A stretch of DNA of 63,316 nt, the filler included, from Octopus bimaculoides (lineage: Eukaryota), in assembly GCF_001194135.2 (NCBI RefSeq). It is 8 parts of 7 records of this genome, joined end to end, with 100 filler letters (N's around TTAATTAATTAA, not from the genome) between each part and the next. Parts side by side here need not be neighbours in the genome. Positions count along the whole stretch, not along the records: positions 33,015 to 41,286 come from NC_068986.1; positions 41,387 to 51,163 come from NC_069001.1; 6 more parts are not named here. One strand, given 5' to 3'. The stretch's first letter is position 1. Each line of letters starts with the position of its first letter. A program made the translations under genes and the position numbers. The notes under the pieces were generated by a model. That model was given only the letters and a program-made list of their open reading frames with translations, did not search any database and was not told where the DNA came from. Below, piece by piece: positions 37,515 through 51,163 of the stretch.

Positions 37515-37603
<89 letters not shown>

Positions 37604-37608
37604 TTCAC

Positions 37609-37663
<55 letters not shown>

Positions 37664-37705
37664 ATAAATATGTGTGTCTATACACACATATTTATATAAA
37701 TACAG

Positions 37706-37738
<33 letters not shown>

Positions 37739-37798
37739 TCTATCTATCGATATATTATGTGACAATTAGTTGGTTGTCACATATTCATTCTTTTGTTG

Positions 37799-37830
<32 letters not shown>

Positions 37831-38087
37831 NNNNNNNNNNNNNNNNNNNNNNNNNNNNNNNNNNNNNNNNNNNNNNNNNNNNNNNNNNNNNNNNNNNNNN
37901 NNNNNNNNNNNNNNNNNNNNNNNNNNNNNNNNNNNNNNNNNNNNNNNNNNNNNNNNNNNNNNNNNNNNNNNNNNNNNNNNNNNNNNNNNNNNNNNNNNNN
38001 NNNNNNNNNNNNNNNNNNNNNNNNNNNNNNNNNNNNNNNNNNNNNNNNNNNNNNNNNNNNNNNNTATAGAGAGAGAGAGAGAGAGAG

Positions 38088-38142
<55 letters not shown>

Positions 38143-39945
38143 ATATGTCATAATCTTAACGCGCAAAAAGTATTCCTTGCTATATTGCTTGTGAATGTTT
38201 AGATAAAGCGCTGACGATATTTGCTTCAGCTTCGATACTGATAGAATTAGCACGTTTACGATTAAATTGACTTCCCTAAACGCACTTTTCCTACAATAAT
38301 TCAAGTCGGTCAAATAGTTTCAGCTGCAGTTTCAAGCTACTTTGTCCTGTTTTCTCTACTGCAGACCAATTTGCGTGTATGACTGAAATAAGCATGTAAC
38401 AGCGTACTCAATATGTACCATGTAACAAGTATTGATTGATCGAAGATTCTAGAAAGATTGACTCATAACTGCACTGCCGAAATTCAGGCAAAAATGCAAG
38501 GCCCCTACAGCTTAGATTTATTCCCGTCTCTGTCAAAACTGGTGGTGGCGTGTATGCCTTCATGTGAACTGACGCGTACTTGAAACCAGTTGACACCACT
38601 TTTCCTTTTCCTATAAAACCTTCATCGACCTGCAGCCCAAACACTTCGCGACAAAGTACAGTCATCGAAAGGTATACTAATCCTGAAATGCCTGTTTAGT
38701 CTTTTTCTACAACTATAAAAAATGTTACGAGCACTATTCTTATCAAGAAGATCATCCTAGTTTCTCAAATCTATTTAATATCAGTAGTGAACGCAACTGC
38801 AGTCAGTGTTATCAATGTAAATGCTAGCCTTCGATCTCTGTAAATATCTTACATAGCGTTAATATATTCGTTTGTGTCTTAAGGAAGATTATATCTTAAA
38901 TATTAGCCCTTCTTTCCTGAACTAGAAAAATTTACAGCAACCAATAATTCTTGAATAAAAGAGAACCCAACTCAGATTCGAAGTAATGTTCTGGTCCTAA
39001 GTGACTAGCGCTGTTGATCCACATCATGAGAAATATTATGCAGCATATAGGAAGCAATTAAGCCATTTACAAAACATTTTCCTCCCTTTGGTACACATAT
39101 GTCCTGTATCGTCCCTCTGCACTTCGAAGCTGGCCGTTCTTTTACAACCTATACTCACACACTGTTTTAGTAACTCATCTCTAATTCTCTCGTCACGATC
39201 GTTGTGTTCTATTCGCCAATATCTGCTCTAACCACAAAACACGGTCCCTACTCCATAGAATGTTGGATTTTCGGAATTTCCCCCTTTGATGTTATTTTTT
39301 CCTGGTTTTGCCTTGTCAGGAAAGAGGACGAGTGTTGTCCTTTGTTTTAGATGTAGGAAATACGAAAAAAGCAAACAAAGGAAACAAAACATTGACTGCA
39401 TGGAAAACAATTAAAAATCTCTTGTTGACAAGGAGTTTCATTGGGTTGATGTTTTAGGAAAATGTTACTAATTCATCTATCTAGAAAATGATTCAAGTCA
39501 TTTTACAATAAATATATATTTATAAATTTGACCTAGATATGAAGTAAATATATATTAATATATTTGTTGATGAAAATGTTCACGTATCGATTTTATAGAC
39601 GTAATTATCTAGATTTAGCAGCGCCATACCTCCCCCATCAAAGCATTCGTATTTAAATTATTGATAAAGGCAATCATATGTAATTTTAAATATAATAACC
39701 GTATTATATGATTTTAATAGAGATGTTATGTTGCTCTTGATTTGAAAACAATGAATATAATATATCTGTTAGGGCTATTTACTTGTAGTAATGGTTCATT
39801 TCAGATATTTGACATCTCTTATTTGCATTGATTTCTTTATATTCCTGGATATAAATAGAGATTTTGTCGAGCAAATGTAGTTAAACCAGTATGTACGTTT
39901 GAAGACAATTCATTCGTTGCGATAGTTTTATGCAATGGGACTATG

Positions 39946-39989
<44 letters not shown>

Positions 39990-40172
39990 CACACACACAC
40001 ANNNNNNNNNNNNNNNNNNNNNNNNNNNNNNNNNNNNNNNNNNNNNNNNNNNNNNNNNNNNNNNNNNNNNNNNNNNNNNNNNNNNNNNNNNNNNNNNNNN
40101 NNNNNNNNNNNNNNNNNNNNNNNNNNNNNNNNNNNNNNNNNNNNNNNNNNNNNNNTATATATATAAAAAGAA

Positions 40173-40232
<60 letters not shown>

Positions 40233-40235
<3 letters not shown>

Positions 40236-40448
40236 TCTTCAAAAACGAAACTAGACCTCTTACTGTCAAGTGTCCCAGATGAACCAACTTCACAGGATGA
40301 AGTGCAGATGGCGGCAGCGGCATCAAACACCCTCATGCACCAATTTCGAGAAGGAATTAGTGAGGTAAAATTATATGACAGCACTAGATGGCAGTGCCCC
40401 AGCATGGCCACAGATCTTGAGTTGAAACTAGACCAAATCAAATCAAAT
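40233..40448 (+). mobile_element. CR1/L2-like LINE 3' end
   Basis: FK..KLDLLLSSVPDEPTSQDEVQMAAAASNTLMHQ followed by a 3' UTR ...GTGCCCCAGCATGGCCACAG...GAAACTAG and an (AAATC)n tail. Confidence 0.6.
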
Positions 40449-41158
40449 CATATATATATATATATTTATATATATATATATATATGCATGTAATGTACGG
40501 TTCACTCTATTTGTGGGATAAACAAAATAAGCCCCCCCCCCACGAAGTGGTAGATTAAATATTTAATATACTAAGTGTGAGCAACTAATCATTTAGTAGT
40601 TACATGCCTATGGAAACATGATGGTTTGACAAGCTTACATAGCATACCATGTATTTTCACACAATCGTACAACTTCTTAACAAAACATGAATGTTCTTTG
40701 AGAAATAGCAGCAAGAAAGTGAAAGAACGACATAAAAAACGAAGTAACAAGGGCAGGGGGTGGGGGAATAAGGATTTAGAGTTGCTTCCCTTTTGCCTTT
40801 CAGATACGGAATTTATGTGGTTGTTGAAATTAATTCAGCTGGGAAAGGTTGAATTATTAGACTGCATGGTCAATTTGGAGAGGATGAAGTGTCCTAGGTT
40901 AGTAATAGAAATTTGTTCAGTTGCTTAAAGTTAATGAAAAGTCGATAGAACAAATACAAGAACACCTTCCAAACAAGCAACATCATCAACATCAATATTG
41001 GACTCGATTTTTAAAATAGGTTTGAGATCAACAATTTTTCAGCTACGTGCGCTGAACACCGGGAGAGGAAGAACATAACGCACAGCCCGATCTAAGAATT
41101 GAAACTACGATCTCGCGATTGGGAGTGCCACACTGTAGCCACAAAGCCATACATCCTC

Positions 41159-41205
<47 letters not shown>

Positions 41206-41231
41206 TAATAATAATAATAATAATAATAATG

Positions 41232-41286
<55 letters not shown>
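41159..41286. repeat. (AAT)n microsatellite
   Basis: Seen directly; runs into a gap. Confidence 0.95.
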
Positions 41287-41386
41287 NNNNNNNNNNNNNN
41301 NNNNNNNNNNNNNNNNNNNNNNNNNNNNNNTTAATTAATTAANNNNNNNNNNNNNNNNNNNNNNNNNNNNNNNNNNNNNNNNNNNN

Positions 41387-41448
<62 letters not shown>

Positions 41449-41526
41449 GCACGCACGCACGCGTACACCCACACACACATATTTACATACACATATGCAA
41501 ACACACATACATACATACATACATAG

Positions 41527-41597
41527 TGGAGACGCGTGGCTTAGTGGTTAGGGTGTTGGACTCATGATCGTAAGATTGTGGTTTCGATTGCTGGACC
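41527..41597 (+). mobile_element. SINE tRNA-like head only, truncated at the Penelope junction
   Basis: GGAGACGCGTGGCTTAGTGGTTAGGGTGTTGGACTCATGATCGTAAGATTGTGGTTTCGATTGCTGGACC. Confidence 0.75.
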
Positions 41598-41614
41598 TAA
41601 TAGTAATTATGATA

Positions 41615-42030
41615 GAACTAAAGGTTGCGATTGTAGATTTAAGGATAAATGTTATTTTAATAATTTAAGTATGCAAAATAACCTGGTATATAGTTGTACG
41701 GTAGAGTCTGAAGGGACTAATTATTTTTATATTGGGTCAACTAAAAATTTTATTAAACGACCTATCGTAAACCCTGAATGTACTTTTAGGAACAGGGATA
41801 AGTTCTGTAGAGCCAGTTTAAGTAAATTTATATAGAAGTTGAAGGATAATAAAAAAATTATATAACCTTAAATGGTAAATACTTAGTCATGCTAGATATA
41901 AAACTACTGACAATTACTGTAACCTATGAGTTGAAGAAATCTATCAAATTTTAACATGATAAAAGATGGCAGGAAGGTGTTTTATTTTGTGAGCACTCTT
42001 CGAAATATGTGTTTAGAAAATATTATTAAA
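41615..42030 (+). mobile_element. Penelope-like element GIY-YIG endonuclease remnant
   Basis: CDCRFKDKCYFNNLSMQNNLVYSCTV...YFYIGSTKNFIKR...TFRNRDK..ASLSKFI: Cys-rich linker plus LVY...YIG, followed by KLKDN...YNLKW and a YCNL block. Confidence 0.8.
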
Positions 42031-42989
42031 ATGATTGCATAATGATTAATATATTATAGTATAATATAATATGATATAAATTAATATTGATAAATAAATG
42101 TAATACATGTATATATATGTATGATTCTGAATTTATATGTATATTTATATATTATTATTTTTATTAATTAATTATGATGTTTCGTTTATTAATAATATTT
42201 TATCAAATAATATTGAATTATATAATATTAAAGATGTAGGTAGATTTTCTTATACACTATTTTTATTTGTGATATTATAATATAAATCTATATAAGCTCT
42301 GACTATTTAGATCAAATATATAAGTTTTAATTTGAAGGAATAAATAATTATATATTAACTATATATTAATTTATATATTATCATATTGATTTATATATAT
42401 GTAGGTGAATATATATGAGTAAATGTATGTATATATCTGCATTTATTTATATATTATAAAATACGTATAGACATAATACTTTATAACTTATTAATTATTA
42501 GGAAATGTTCTTTAATAAATAAGTTAATAAAGGAAATACATAAAATAAAATAAAATAAATGATATTCTTATGAAAGCATAACACGATAAATGATGACGTG
42601 AACACAAGATTCTTGCATTGTTTACCCATTGATCATGTGATGCACATTTTTGATATAATAGATTTTAAAACAGTAATTTATTAGGACTAACTTTATTGTA
42701 AGTTTAAATGAATGATTATATTTATTGTAATTCCATATATTACTAATAAAGTTTAATGTATAATATAATATAATATAATATAACATAATACAATATAATA
42801 TAATATAATAGTATTAAGTATAAATTTTATATTCTATAATTTCAATTTTATTTTAAATGCATTTAACTTAAACTTTAAATATTAAAAAATCATAAATAAT
42901 AAATGATAAGATAATATATGATTTGGTACATATTGAATAAATTGATCGTAAGACTTATCGTATCTCTCTCTCTCTCTCACTGACCGGGT

Positions 42990-43313
42990 AACCATGTATC
43001 TCTACAGCAAGACACCTGTTTCTGTCTCTGTCACACTTTAACCTTTTATCATCAAGCACAAGATCACCTCCTCCAATGCAACATCCCCTCTCAAAGGATC
43101 TTTGTCATGCAAGTTACTTGCTGACCCTGCCAGTACTGGAGCCATGTAAAAAGCACTCAGTCCATCCTACAGAGTAGTTGGTATTAGGAGGGGCATCCAG
43201 CCGTAAAAACCTTACCAAAACAGACTGTGAAGCATGGTGCAGTCTTCTGCCTGACCAGGTCCTGTCAAACCGACCAACTCATGCTAGCATGGAAAGCAGA
43301 TGCTAAAGGATGT

Positions 43314-43347
<34 letters not shown>
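42990..43347 (+). mobile_element. SINE body and tail (family D)
   Basis: ...GTTGGTATTAGGAGGGGCATCCAGCCGTAAAAAC...CAACTCATGCTAGCATGGAAAGCAGATGCTAAAGG-(GAT)n. Confidence 0.75.
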
Positions 43348-43499
43348 ATATGAGCGCACGCGTGTGCGTGTATCTTTCTTTCTGAGTTTGTCCCCAACCA
43401 CTGTTTGACAATTGGAGTTGGTGTGTTTACACCCTGCCCCATAATTTGGCAGTTTGGCAACAGAGACTGTTCAAAGTGAGAGCAATCTGGTTGTTGGTC

Positions 43500-44060
43500 C
43501 ATGATAGACTGCTTTGATTATCAATATTGCTATCACCTTGGAGCTTTCTGTTGATACACCCTAGTATGGTCTGATGATGATGTGCACTCATCCCTTCATC
43601 TGATGAAAAGTTGTGGTAGTTGTGCAACTTCTTTGGGTAATCAGACTGGGGATGTCTCTCAGGGAGTTACTTTTCAAGTCTCATGATGTTATTTGCCATG
43701 TTTAAGCAAACTTGATGCACTTCAACACTTGGTGGTTAGATGTTGCAGAAGAGATATAACAGTTAAAAGTTGTTGCCAAAAGGATATAATGTGACAATGT
43801 ATGTATGTTTTCTTTGAGATTTATTTAAGTTCTCCTTAAGTGAGTTCAAGACAGTTGCTAACAAAGCGACAAAACTTTTTGAGACGTCCTGGTGTTTGTA
43901 AATATGTGATTGAGTTGGTGTTTTGGTTGAGCTGTCGATGCATACACCCAAGTGTGTGCATCTTTTCACATAAGAATCTCGGATGGTGAATTTTCAGAAT
44001 GTCTTGCAAATCTTCACTGTGCCATCTTGTTTCTTTTTTCCTTTCTTTTTCCATCATTGG
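43500..44060 (-). mobile_element. Degraded LINE APE endonuclease fragment (RTE-like)
   Basis: Minus frame HTWVYASTAQPKHQLNHIFTN resembles the APE TW......QLDHIFI motif; many stops. Confidence 0.45.
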
Positions 44061-44715
44061 ATTTAAGTGGCAAAAGTTTGTACAATACTTTTATCACCGT
44101 CTTGGTGTCCATAGTAAGTTCCAGTGACAAGCATTGCAAGGTAACTGGTACTAGTTTGACTGTAAGTTTTATTTCAGTGTATCTTTTACCGAGAAGAGCT
44201 GCCTTCCTCACAGCTTTGTCGAAAAACAAAGGAAAAAAGAAAAAGAAAAGAAAAAAGAAAAAAAGAATTAGAGTTATGTCTTCTTTGAATGTAGAGTCAA
44301 TAAGACTAGATGGTGTAGAATAAACAGAAGGGATCTAAAGTCTACGACACCATCTAGTCTTATGACCTTATAGTCAAAAGGGGAATAACTCTAATTTTTT
44401 TCCTGTTTTCCTTTCATTTTACCATTTTTTTTTACCGTTCCACTTTTTGAACTCACCTTCATCTCGTTTTCGCTCGTGATTTCTCTTGCTCTGTTGTTCT
44501 GATTTGTAACTTGTATAGGCCATGTGCCCAGAGACTGAAAACTACTTGGAGACACTAGGTATGTTTCAAAGCCTGCCGAGAAAATATCTTTAATGTATGA
44601 AACTATTAAAGCTCATGACTATATAAAGTATGTACTAAACAATATTTAATCTCTCATCAGATGGCGTACCTCATTTTGTTGCTAACGGAAAAGTAAATCA
44701 TATATATATATATAT

Positions 44716-45003
44716 TGCTGAGATCCCCTTCGGTCATGACTGACCATGGGATTGCACCAAGAAAATTACCCACCGAGGCACAAATCCGGGCAAGGTTGTT
44801 TATGGAAGACCAGCAGTCGCCCATGCATACCAGCCTCCCCTCTCCATGCCACCGATGTTATCCAAGGAAAAAGCAATGGCCAATACAGCTTGACACCAGC
44901 GACGTCGCAACTCATTTCTGCAGCTGAGTGAACTGGAGCAACGTGAAATAAAGTGTATTGCTCAAGAACACAACACGCAGCCCGGTCCAGGATTCGAACT
45001 CAC
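44716..45003 (-). mobile_element. tRNA-headed SINE (family E); head cut by a gap
   Basis: Minus strand GAGTTCGAATCC (B box) ...TGTGTTCTTGAGCAATACACTTTATTTCACGTTGCTCCAG...GGTGCAATCCCATGGTCAGTCATGACCGAAGGGGATCTC. Confidence 0.85.
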
Positions 45004-47481
45004 NNNNNNNNNNNNNNNNNNNNNNNNNNNNNNNNNNNNNNNNNNNNNNNNNNNNNNNNNNNNNNNNNNNNNNNNNNNNNNNNNNNNNNNNNNNNNNNNN
45101 NNNNNNNNNNNNNNNNNNNNNNNNNNNNNNNNNNNNNNNNNNNNNNNNNNNNNNNNNNNNNNNNNNNNNNNNNNNNNNNNNNNNNNNNNNNNNNNNNNNN
45201 NNNNNNNNNNNNNNNNNNNNNNNNNNNNNNNNNNNNNNNNNNNNNNNNNNNNNNNNNNNNNNNNNNNNNNNNNNNNNNNNNNNNNNNNNNNNNNNNNNNN
45301 NNNNNNNNNNNNNNNNNNNNNNNNNNNNNNNNNNNNNNNNNNNNNNNNNNNNNNNNNNNNNNNNNNNNNNNNACACACACACACACACACATATATACAA
45401 TTAAGATTCAGTTAAATTAGGTACTTAAGTTGAGGCACGAAGTCAGTCTGGTATTGTCCGCACAGCTCGAAGTTAGGTGAATAAAAAGCAAATAAGTAAG
45501 AAGGATGTCCAGTGCATTACAGCCGTTTCAAGCGGCTCCATTTAATCGATCAATGCAAACATTACATCAATTTGAATTAAACCGCTCTCCTCGGACGCAT
45601 ACGATCATATAGATTTCCAACATACAGGATACTCCTTTATAACTTTTTAGCAAATTTTTCATCAATACCAGAGACTAAAATAATTACATTGCTTCTTTTT
45701 TGCTATTATTGTAGCAGAATGAATTTAAGGAAAAATACCTAAACCTATTATAATTTAGAGCGGCAGAAGAAAACAATGGGGGTCAAGAAGGAGGAATGGT
45801 GATAAAGCTACATTCATCTTTATCCTTATTGCATTCAAAAGACCCAATGCAGCAAGTAGTCTACATCCCCTTAGAATTAAAACCATTGGGAATTGACAGT
45901 TAAGTTCTTGTTGGTGGTGATAAATTAAATTAATGCCAGATGCTCTTCATTACCCCTATTTACTGTGACCATAAAATCAGCCAGATCTACATAAAAGAAT
46001 ATGTAATGCACTGATACCTGGACATCCTTGTTACTTATTTGCTTTTAAGCCAGCTCCTGTGGAGGGCTCTTCATTAGGCCTTGGGCCCAACAATGACATT
46101 TCATGCATTGAGTACATATTAGATTTTATTAAACTTGAACAATATTTTTCAAGCAATGAACAATTTTCATCGAAAACAACAGTACCACCACCATCGCTAC
46201 CACATCTGCTATACACACACCATGCAGACTTTTGACGCCACCACCATCAATACCTTTGACTTCGCCCCCTTCCCCTCCACCACCATCACCACTGTCTTTC
46301 ACATCACTTNNNNNNNNNNNNNNNNNNNNNNNNNNNNNNNNNNNNNNNNNNNNNNNNNNNNNNNNNNNNNNNNNNNNNNNNNNNNNNNNNNNNNNNNNNN
46401 NNNNNNNNNNNNNNNNNNNNNNNNNNNNNNNNNNNNNNNNNNNNNNNNNNNNNNNNNNNNNNNNNNNNNNNNNNNNNNNNNNNNNNNNNNNNNNNNNNNN
46501 NNNNNNNNNNNNNNNNNNNNNNNNNNNNNNNNNNNNNNNNNNNNNNNNNNNNNNNNNNNNNNNNNNNNNNNNNNNNNNNNNNNNNNNNNNNNNNNNNNNN
46601 NNNNNNNNNNNNNNNNNNNNNNNNNNNNNNNNNNNNNNNNNNNNNNNNNNNNNNNNNNNNNNNNNNNNNNNNNNNNNNNNNNNNNNNNNNNNNNNNNNNN
46701 NNNNNNNNNNNNNNNNNNNNNNNNNNNNNNNNNNNNNNNNNNNNNNNNNNNNNNNNNNNNNNNNNNNNNNNNNNNNNNNNNNNNNNNNNNNNNNNNNNNN
46801 NNNNNNNNNNNNNNNNNNNNNNNNNNNNNNNNNNNNNNNNNNNNNNNNNNNNNNNNNNNNNNNNNNNNNNNNNNNNNNNNNNNNNNNNNNNNNNNNNNNN
46901 NNNNNNNNNNNNNNNNNNNNNNNNNNNNNNNNNNNNNNNNNNNNNNNNNNNNNNNNATTAGTGCAGACAAATCCACATACATTGCCACCACCACAACTAC
47001 TATCACCACCACCACTATCAACACCATCTCCAACACCACCGTCATCATCACCACATCCAACAACGCCACCATCGCCGCCACCACTCTAAGACATTTCTGA
47101 ATCAGATTAACATTTCAAACCTTATTTCTTTCTCAACTCAGGAAAACCTATATGGAACTAGTTACCATGGTGATGCATCATTGTGATAAAATTCACACAT
47201 TTGTTCTTGTTTTATCATTATTTTTTTTTAAATGGGAAGAGGGGAGGTAGGTAGATAAGCTGGAGGGTGGGAGTATAGAATTGATATATGCAAAAATTAA
47301 GAATGATACAAAAATACCTACTACTTCCCCACCTCCCCCCTCATTTTGTCATCTTCCTCACACCGCCTTTCATTGCCTCATCTTGTCAGATGTTAATGTT
47401 TCAACATTGGATGGTGGTGTTTGTGAAAAATGTTTCAAACACACACACATGTATATGTACATACATATATGTACATATCTG

Positions 47482-47515
<34 letters not shown>

Positions 47516-48806
47516 CGTATGTGTGTATATATATATGTATATATATATNNNNNNNNNNNNNNNNNNNNNNNNNNNNNNNNNNNNNNNNNNNNNNNNNNNN
47601 NNNNNNNNNNNNNNNNNNNNNNNNNNNNNNNNNNNNNNNNNNNNNNNNNNNNNNNNNNNNNNNNNNNNNNNNNNNNNNNNNNNNNNNNNNNNNNNNNNNN
47701 NNNNNNNNNNNNNNNNNNNNNNNNNNNNNNNNNNNNNNNNNNNNNNNNNNNNNNNNNNNNNNNNNNNNNNNNNNNNNNNNNNNNNNNNNNNNNNNNNNNN
47801 NNNNNNNNNNNNNNNNNNNNNNNNNNNNNNNNNNNNNNNNNNNNNNNNNNNNNNNNNNNNNNNNNNNNNNNNNNNNNNNNNNNNNNNNNNNNNNNNNNNN
47901 NNNNNNNNNNNNNNNNNNNNNNNNNNNNNNNNNNNNNNNNNNNNNNNNNNNNNNNNNNNNNNNNNNNNNNNNNNNNNNNNNNNNNNNNNNNNNNNNNNNN
48001 NNNNNNNNNNNNNNNNNNNNNNNNNNNNNNNNNNNNNNNNNNNNNNNNNNNNNNNNNNNNNNNNNNNNNNNNNNNNNNNNNNNNNNNNNNNNNNNNNNNN
48101 NNNNNNNNNNNNNNNNNNNNNNNNNNNNNNNNNNNNNNNNNNNNNNNNNNNNNNNNNNNNNNNNNNNNNNNNNNNNNNNNNNNNNNNNNNNNNNNNNNNN
48201 NNNNNNNNNNNNNNNNNNNNNNNNNNNNNNNNATATATATATATATATATATATATAGGCACATACATACATACACTTATATATGTATACACACAAACGT
48301 AAATGAACGTATATGTACATGATATTTCACAACACGTATATAAACATATAGACACACATATATATTTAACATAAAAAATAAATACATGTCAATTTGACGT
48401 TTATGCTCCTGCCACCACTTCTTATCTCCTCCTAACAAAGCTGAGATAATTTTTATTATTTTTTATTTCGAACTATTGTTTCTCTCGTCCTCATAGCTTC
48501 AGTACTTTTTCATTAAATATAGCAACTTTCTTTTATATGCACATACTTATGTACATACATATATATACATACATACTTATATACGTACATAGTTATGTAT
48601 ATGTATATATAAACACATGTATATACGTACATGCATACATACAAATGCACACACACACATACATAATATATACATACACATGCATACGCACGCGTGTGCG
48701 CGCACACACACATATGCTCACATACACACACATACACAGACACATATAAGTACATATTATCAAATACCAATCCACGTGAGTGTTTGGTTCTGTGTGAGTG
48801 AGTGCG

Positions 48807-48840
<34 letters not shown>

Positions 48841-49194
48841 TNNNNNNNNNNNNNNNNNNNNNNNNNNNNNNNNNNNNNNNNNNNNNNNNNNNNNNNNNNN
48901 NNNNNNNNNNNNNNNNNNNNNNNNNNNNNNNNNNNNNNNNNNNNNNNNNNNNNNNNNNNNNNNNNNNNNNNNNNNNNNNNNNNNNNNNNNNNNNNNNNNN
49001 NNNNNNNNNNNNNNNNNNNNNNNNNNNNNNNNNNNNNNNNNNNNNNNNNNNNNNNNNNNNNNNNNNNNNNNNNNNNNNNNNNNNNNNNNNNNNNNNNNNN
49101 NNNNNNNNNNNNNNNNNNNNNNNNNNNNNNNNNNNNNNNNNNNNNNNNNNNNNNNNNNNNNNNNNNNNNNNATCATTATCATTATTATAATTAT

Positions 49195-50516
49195 CATTTT
49201 AGTGTCCTTTGTCTCAGCTCTTTCATCACACATCCTGTGACCTCTTCAGAAACCCTTTATCCTATGTATCTCCTCTTGTTCTGTTTGTTCCATTCTGTCT
49301 TTCTCTGGTATGTATCCTTATTTGCAATGTGGTTGTTTCTGTATCTGCTTATGTGTATGTGTGTGAGTGTATGTGTGTGTGTGTTTGTGAGTGTGTTTGT
49401 GTGTGTGTGATTGTGTTTATGTGTGTATATGTGTGTTTGTGTGCGTGTGTGTATGTGTGCATGTGTGCTTATGTATTTAGTATGTGTGTTATGTGCGTGT
49501 ATGAGTTTACTTATACTGTTTTTACCGGTGTGTTTTATCTAGTTTTTTCTTTATTCATTTATTTACTTATTTATTTAATTTCTTCTCATTCTACATGATG
49601 TTTTCTCAATGTATGTTGTTGTACTGTTTCTGCACTGTCGTTCAGTACACCATATATTATAAACTGTATTCCTAATCTTACAGTTTCGCTCTGGATTCAT
49701 CCTACACATGATACAATTGCTGCATAGTGTGTCTGATGAACCCACAAGTAAACTGTAAGATTAGGAATGTAGTCTATAGTATATGGTGTTCAGAGGGATG
49801 GCGGAGAAACAGGACAGTGACATAGTTTGGAGAGACGGCATGTAGCATAGATGAGCAGACAGGTGACCAACGGCGAGAGGTCAAGGAGAAGAAAAGCTTA
49901 TCAGTGCTCTACTAACATGCTCAGTTAGAACACGGTGGCTCGGTTAATGACATAGATGTTGATATAATCAACATATTGAACAGACACGACACTTACACAG
50001 ATTACAGAGGCCACACACACAGACTGACAGACTGAGTAATAGCCAGGCTGAGCCTCAACAGAAAACAGGAATGGAATAATAACACCCGTCCATTCCACAG
50101 CACTACGCAACCTGACAACTAAAGACAGAATGAGAAAAAGAAAAAAGAAAAGAACACAGATACAAACGGTATAATACACAGACCCATATACAAGCAATAC
50201 CCATACTAAAGACAGAATGAGAAAGAATGAATAAGTAAAATAACTAAATAAAAGACAGATATAAACGGTGTTGTAGGCAAACACATATACACACACACAA
50301 CACATACTAAACACATGGGCATGTGCACACACACAAACATACGCGCGCACGCACACACACTCACACACACAAATAAAATCACGTGTGCAGATAATGATAC
50401 ACATCACAGAAAGACAGTACGGACTACACAGAACAAGAGAAGACATATGGGATAAAAAGTTGCTGAAGAGGTCACAAGATGTGTGACGAAGGAGCTTAGA
50501 GAAAGGTCACTAAAAT
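49195..50516. mobile_element. ~1.3-kb diverged fold-back element (inverted Penelope pLTR-like pair)
   Basis: 49195-49590 is inverted to ~50205-50516 (TTTTAGTG...CACACATC.TGTGACCTCTTCAG); 49585-49715 is inverted to 49725-49855, with CTGATGA (49733-49739) and GAAACTGTA near the apex. Confidence 0.6.
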
Positions 50517-50523
50517 AATAATG

Positions 50524-50707
50524 ATAATAAACCTGCAGTGAATATCGAGTATATAGTGCGTGTGTTTAATTGGAAAAAATGTGGCCAATCCCAAATCTAG
50601 TAATATATGTTTCAACACACAATTTCACATCAGGAATGTAGCAAAAGAAATACACACACACACACACACAACCACACATACATATATATATATGTATATA
50701 TGTGTGG

Positions 50708-50774
<67 letters not shown>

Positions 50775-50917
50775 TGTGTGTGTGTGTGTATTTCTTTTGC
50801 TACATTCCTGATGTGAAATTGTGTGTTGAAACATATATTACTATATTTGGGATTGGCCACATTTTTTCCAATTAAACACACGCACTATATACTCGATTTT
50901 CACTGCAGGTTTATTAT
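50524..50917. repeat. 394-bp near-perfect palindrome / fold-back MITE
   Basis: About 125 bp of unique arm with two mismatches, plus (CA)n/(TG)n and a central (TA)n; ATG flanks both sides. Confidence 0.85.
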
Positions 50918-51101
50918 ATGTATGTATGTGTATATATATATGTATATATATGTGTGTACATAAATATGTATGTGTCTATATATGTGTATGTTTATGAATA
51001 TATATGTGTGTATGTATATATATATATATATACATATACACAGCCACACCCACATACATATATGCACGGATACACGTGCATGTGTGTGCATACCCGCACA
51101 C

Positions 51102-51163
<62 letters not shown>

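Noticed and set aside
39390-39900. Further Penelope endonuclease remnant on the minus strand
   Set aside because: Only vague similarity; no GIY-YIG motif is readable.
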